Shown: positions 59,170 through 64,000 of the stretch, one piece after another
Layout: every line of letters begins with the position of its first letter
How positions within the stretch are numbered: position 1 is the stretch's first letter
Assembly: GCA_002269645.1 (NCBI GenBank)
Contig: NIVC01002441.1
Coordinates: forward strand, 1-64,000
DNA: 64,000 nt
Direction of reading: 5' to 3'
From: Macrostomum lignano
Taxonomy: Eukaryota
The notes under the pieces: generated by a model
What the model saw: only the letters and a program-made list of their open reading frames with translations
The model's database searches: none
What the model was told of the DNA's origin: nothing
Made by a program: the position numbers and the translations under genes

Positions 59170-60290
59170 TCCTGTTTTCTCTCCTATCCTCTCTCTCCTT
59201 TCATCTCTCCTCTCCTCTCTCCTCTCCTCTCTCCTCTCCTCTCCTCTCTCCTCTCTCCTCTCCTCTCTCATCTCTCCTGTCCTCTCCTGCCCTCTCACCT
59301 CTCTCATCTCTCCTCTCCTCTCTCATCTCCTCTCTTTCATCTCTCCTCTCCTCTCTCATCTCTCCTGTGCTCTCTCCTATCCTCTCTCATCTCTCCTCTC
59401 CTCTCTCCTCTCTCCCTCTCTCATCTCTCCTCTCTCATCTCCTCTCTCATCTCCTCTCTTTCATCTCTTCTCTCCTCTCTCATCTCTCCTGTGCTCTCTC
59501 CTATCCTCTCTCATCTCTCCTCTCCTCTCTCCTCTCTCCCTCTCTCATCTCTCCTCTCTCATCTCTCCTGTCCTCTCACCTCTCTCATCTCTCCACTCCT
59601 CTCTCATCTCCTCTCTTTCATCTCTCCTCTCCTCTCTTATCTCTCCTGTGCTCTCTCCTATCCTCTCTCATCTCTCCTCTCTCTTCTCCTCTCTCCTCTC
59701 TCCCTCTCTCATCTCTCCTCTCCTCTCTCCCTCTCTCATCTCTCCTCTCCTCTCTCCTCTCTCCTCTCCTCTCTCCTCTCCTCTCTCCTCTCTCATCTCT
59801 CCTCTCCTCTCCTCTCTCCTCTCTCCCTCTCTCATCTCTCCTCTCCTCTCTCCTCTCTCCCTCTCTCATCTTTCCTCTCCTCTCTCCCTCTCTCATCTCT
59901 CCTCTCTCCTCTCTCCTCTCCTCTCTCCTCTCTCATATCTCCTCTCTCCTCTCTCCTCTCTCATCTCTCCTCTCCTCTCTCTCATCTCTCCTTTCTCCTC
60001 TCCTCTCTCCTCTCTCCCTCTCTCATCTCTCCTCTCCTCTCTCCTCTCTCCCTCTCTCATCTCTCCTCTCTCCTCTCTCATCTCTCCTCTCCTCTCTCAT
60101 CTCCTCTCTCCTCTCCTCTCTCCTCTCTCCTCTCTCATCTCTCCTCTCCTCTCCTCTCTCCTCTCCTCTCTCCTCTCTCCTCTCTCATCTCTCCTCTCTC
60201 ATCTCTCCTCTCCTCTCTCCTCTCTCATCTCTCCTCTCTCCTCTCTCCTCTCCTCTCTCCTCTCTCATCTCTCCTCTCCAATCTCTTCTC
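59170..60290. repeat. CT-rich low-complexity tract (CTCTC/CTCATCT)
   Basis: Almost pure pyrimidine tract on the + strand. Confidence 0.95.
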
Positions 60291-60894
60291 TCTGTTCTCC
60301 AATCTCCGCTCTTCCGTCGCTTCTCCTTTCTCCTATCTCTATTCTCTATTTTCCCAGACACTCTCCTCTCTCCCCTCCTCTAGTAGGCATGCGCTAGGTT
60401 CTCTAGGTTCACTCTGCGCTAGGTCGCCTGGCATAGCGGCAAGAATTCTGAGCAAAAATACCTTCTTAATTATCGTAGTAGCCCCCGAAAACGTTTGCAC
60501 TTGCGCCCCCCCCCCCCAGTTGCCCCCCATTTTCTGCTGCATAAGCCCGCCAAAAGGCACACGCGCGCTAAAACATATACTATAATAATTTCAAACTCCA
60601 ACGAGTCCTTAAAATAGTGAGCAGTCCTATAACTGCAGACACGCAGAATGTTAAACCAGAATTAGTTTTGAAATGGCTTGCCAAGAACAATAAACCTAGA
60701 GGACAAAAGCACGAGAGCTGAGAGCAGCTGACGAATCCTTCAGTTTAGAAGGCCTTCTCACATTTAATTTCCATTCTTTTCATTTCATACACTATTTATG
60801 GAGCGCAAAGGTTAGTTAAGCACACTGAATATGGTGTCTAGTTTAGAAAACTAATAGGACAAGCAAGAGCGAGGCTTGCATGCTACTCAACTCG

Positions 60895-60962
60895 GGCCCG
60901 CTGGCGCAGTGGAGTAGCGAGTGACACCAAGACGGCTGGCCCTTGTAGTTTTGAATCTTAGT
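60895..60962 (+). pseudogene. Degenerate tRNA-like / SINE head
   Basis: A box TGGCGCAGTGG at 60902-60912; only a decayed B-box-like GTTTTGAATC downstream. Confidence 0.3.
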
Positions 60963-60996
60963 TTGTACAATTCTCAACAAAATGGTGATGGGAACA

Positions 60997-62440
60997 CTAA
61001 ATTGAAGCTAAACTCTTGCCTTCTGGCGCTAAATTGAAGCTAAACTCTTGCCTTCTGGCGCTAAATTGAAGCTAAACTCTTGCCTTCTGGCGCTAAATTG
61101 AAGCTAAACTCTTGTCTTCTGGCGCTAAATTGAAGCTAAACTCTTGCCTTCTGGCGCTAAATTGAAGCTAAACTCTTGTCTTCTGGCGCTAAATTGAAGC
61201 TAAATTCTTGTCTTCTGGCGCCAAATTGAAGCTAAACTCTTGTCTTCTGGCGCTAAATTGAAGCTAAACTCTTGCCTTCTAGCGCTAAATTGAAGCTAAA
61301 CTCTTGCCTTCTGGCGCCAAATTGAAGCTAAACTCTTGCCTTCTGGCGCCAAATTGAAGCTAAACTCTTGCCTTCTGGCGCTAAATTGAAGCTAAACTCT
61401 TGTCTTCTGGCGCTAAATTGAAGCTAAATTCTTGTCTTCTGGCGCTAAATTGAAGCTAAACTCTTGTCTTCTGGCGCCAAATTGAAGCTAAATTCTTGTC
61501 TTCTGGCGCTAAATTGAAGCTTAACTCTTGCCTTCTGGCGCTAAATTGGCGCTAAACTCTTGCCTTCTGGCGCCAAATTGAAGCTAAACTCTTGTCTTCT
61601 GGCGCTAAATTGAAGCTAAACTCTTGCCTTCTAGCGCTAAATTGAAGCTAAAATCTTGCCTTCTGGCGCTAAATTGGCGCTAAACTCTTGCCTTCTGGCG
61701 CTAAATTGAAGCTAAACTCTTGTCTTCTGGCGCTAAATTGAAGCTAAATTCTTGTCTTCTGGCGCTAAATTGAAGCTAAACTCTTGCCTTCTGGCGCCAA
61801 ATTGAAGCTAAACTCTTGTCTTCTGGCGCTAAATTGAAGCTAAACTCTTGCCTTCTGGCGCTAAATTGAAGCTAAACTCTTGTCTTCTGGCGCCAAATTG
61901 AAGCTAAATTCTTGTCTTCTGGCGCTAAATTGAAGCTAAACTCTTGCCTTCTGGCGCTAAATTGGCGCTAAACTCTTGCCTTCTGGCGCCAAATTGAAGC
62001 TAAACTCTTGTCTTCTGGCGCTAAATTGAAGCTAAACTCTTGCCTTCTAGCGCTAAATTGAAGCTAAACTCTTGCCTTCTAGCGCTAAATTGAAGCTAAA
62101 CTCTTGCCTTCTGGCGCCAAATTGAAGCTAAACTCTTGCCTTCTGGCGCCAAATTGAAGCTAAACTCTTGTCTTCTGGCGCTAACTTGAAACTAAACTCT
62201 TGTCTTCTGGCGCTAAATTGAAACTAAACTCTTGTCTTCTGGCGCTAAATTGAAGCTAAACTCTTGCCTTCTGGCGCTAAATTGGCGCTAAACTCTTGCC
62301 TTCTGGCGCTAAATTGGCGCTAAACTCTTGCCTTCTGGCGCTAAATTTGCGCTAAACTCTTGCCTTCTGGCGCTAAATTGGCGCTAAACTCTTGCCTTCT
62401 GGCGCTAAATTGGCGCTAAACTCTTGCCTTCTGGCGCTAG
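60997..62440. repeat. 32-bp minisatellite (AAATTGAAGCTAAACTCTTGCCTTCTGGCGCT)
   Basis: About 45 copies. Confidence 0.97.
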
Positions 62441-63130
62441 AAACTAGAACTGCCTTGTCCCTCTGGCAATTTTTTTTCTTAGTTATGTTATAATAAGGAC
62501 ACTAACTATGGATGCTGCGACTCTGGCTTGTGACCCCTCTGCCACCACGGATGAATAATAGCCTGGCTAAGCCACTGTCCTAATCAATTACGTTGTGAAT
62601 GGATTTGTATTGTAGATACGTCAACAGAAGCAATGTGTGCACTTGAGTGCTGGCATAACATGTAGCATAGCATAACATTAACAACACACACGAGCTAGAT
62701 GAGGTCACAGAAACCTCACAAAGGGGAAATGTGTAGCGCGACAGACACGAGACCGTACATAAAAGTCGGACTGTAGTAGAGAGAAGGGAAAGGGCTAGGC
62801 GAGGCGGAAAGGATGTAGATGGGAGGCTGAGAAACCGAAAATAGATGCACGAGAGAGGCTGAGCATGATCTAACAGCCGCATGAATTATTGATCCATATA
62901 GCTCTGATACTTAACCCTGTTCCCTGTCCCAGTGTGTCGTCTGCAAGCAAAATTCTGCGGCTTGTGTAGGTCAGCGGGTGCACTTTTGCACGGCTTACAT
63001 GCGCGCACTCATGCATATTGAATTTACTTCGCCTGCCGAACAACCACTCCCATTCTTGCTGATGTAAATCCCGTGCTGCTTCCGTGATCATCTTCAACAT
63101 ACGCATTTGCTGCTATTGGTTCCCGTCTAT

Positions 63131-63960
63131 CTACTATACATCCGATTCCCATCTATCTACATCCGATTCCCGTCTATCTACATCCGATTCCCGTCTATCT
63201 ACATCTGATTCCCATCTATCTACATCTGATTCCCATCTATCTACATCTGATTCCCATCTATCTACATCCGATTCCCGTCTATCTGCATCTGATTCCCATC
63301 TATCTACATCAGATTCCCATCTATCTACATCTGATTCCCATCTATCTACATCCGATTCCCGTCTATCTGCATCTGATTCCCATCTATCTACATCAGATTC
63401 CCATCTATCTACATCAGATTCCCATCTATCTACATCAGATTCCCATCCCATGTATCTAAATCTGATTCTCATGTATCTACATCTGATTCCCATCTATCTA
63501 CATCAGATTCTCATGTATCTAAATCAGATTCTCATGTATCTAAATCAGATTCTCATGTATCTACATCTGATTCCCATCTATCTACATCAGATTCTCATGT
63601 ATCTACATCTGATTCCCATCTATCTACATCAGATTCTCATGTATCTAAATCAGATTCTCATGTATCTACATCTGATTCCCATCTATCTACATCAGATTCT
63701 CATGTATCTAAATCAGATTCTCATGTATCTAAATCAGATTCTCATGTATCTACATCTGATTCCCATCTATCTACATCAGATTCTCATGTATCTAAATCTG
63801 ATTCCCATTTATCTACATCAGATTCCCATGTATCTAAATCTGATTCTCATGTATCTACATCTGATTCCCATCTATCTAAATCTGATTCTCATGTATCTAC
63901 ATCTGATTCCTATCTATCTACTCTGATTCCCATCTATCTACATCCAATTCCCTTCTATCT
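63131..63960. repeat. 21-bp minisatellite (ATCTGATTCCCATCTATCTAC)
   Basis: About 39 copies; the variant CTCATGTATCT dominates the 3' half. Confidence 0.95.
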
Positions 63961-64000
63961 ACAATCTACACAAGATTCCCATCTATTGATATCTACCTAC

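Overview
Eukaryotic (animal) genomic DNA. GC-rich, poly-Ala/Pro exons and introns packed with unrelated minisatellites suggest a Macrostomum-like flatworm; this is inference, not provable from the window. Four protein-coding genes are recognisable: intronless NC2beta/DR1 (4555-5103 +), intronless BAF/BANF1 (7501-7770 +), a 10-exon LNX1/2-type RING + 4xPDZ E3 ligase (17508-46782 +, 2505 nt reading frame with all intron phases consistent), and the 3' three exons of a KDM3/JMJD1-like JmjC gene (57925-50658 -) with substituted catalytic residues and a 1-nt frameshift. Mobile elements: an internally deleted Ty3/gypsy element (LTR + PBS + gag + integrase tail), an older CpG-erased gypsy pol relic, a LINE 3' fragment, two tRNA-derived SINEs, and a 584-bp MITE with 9-bp TSD. 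About 30 tandem arrays are present; every intron of both spliced genes carries one. Best leads: (i) intergenic/TE blocks stripped of CpG, with signs of CpA->TpA change, while gene bodies stay CpG-rich; (ii) LNX exon 1 has no 5' ATG and is in phase for a flatworm spliced-leader AUG; (iii) candidate RING-less and membrane-anchored LNX isoforms; (iv) a bipartite fixed-spacing motif present three times in LNX introns; (v) a probable pseudo-demethylase; (vi) MEF2 + AP-1 composite sites in the LTR and at two host loci. All counts were made by eye, and no database search was run.
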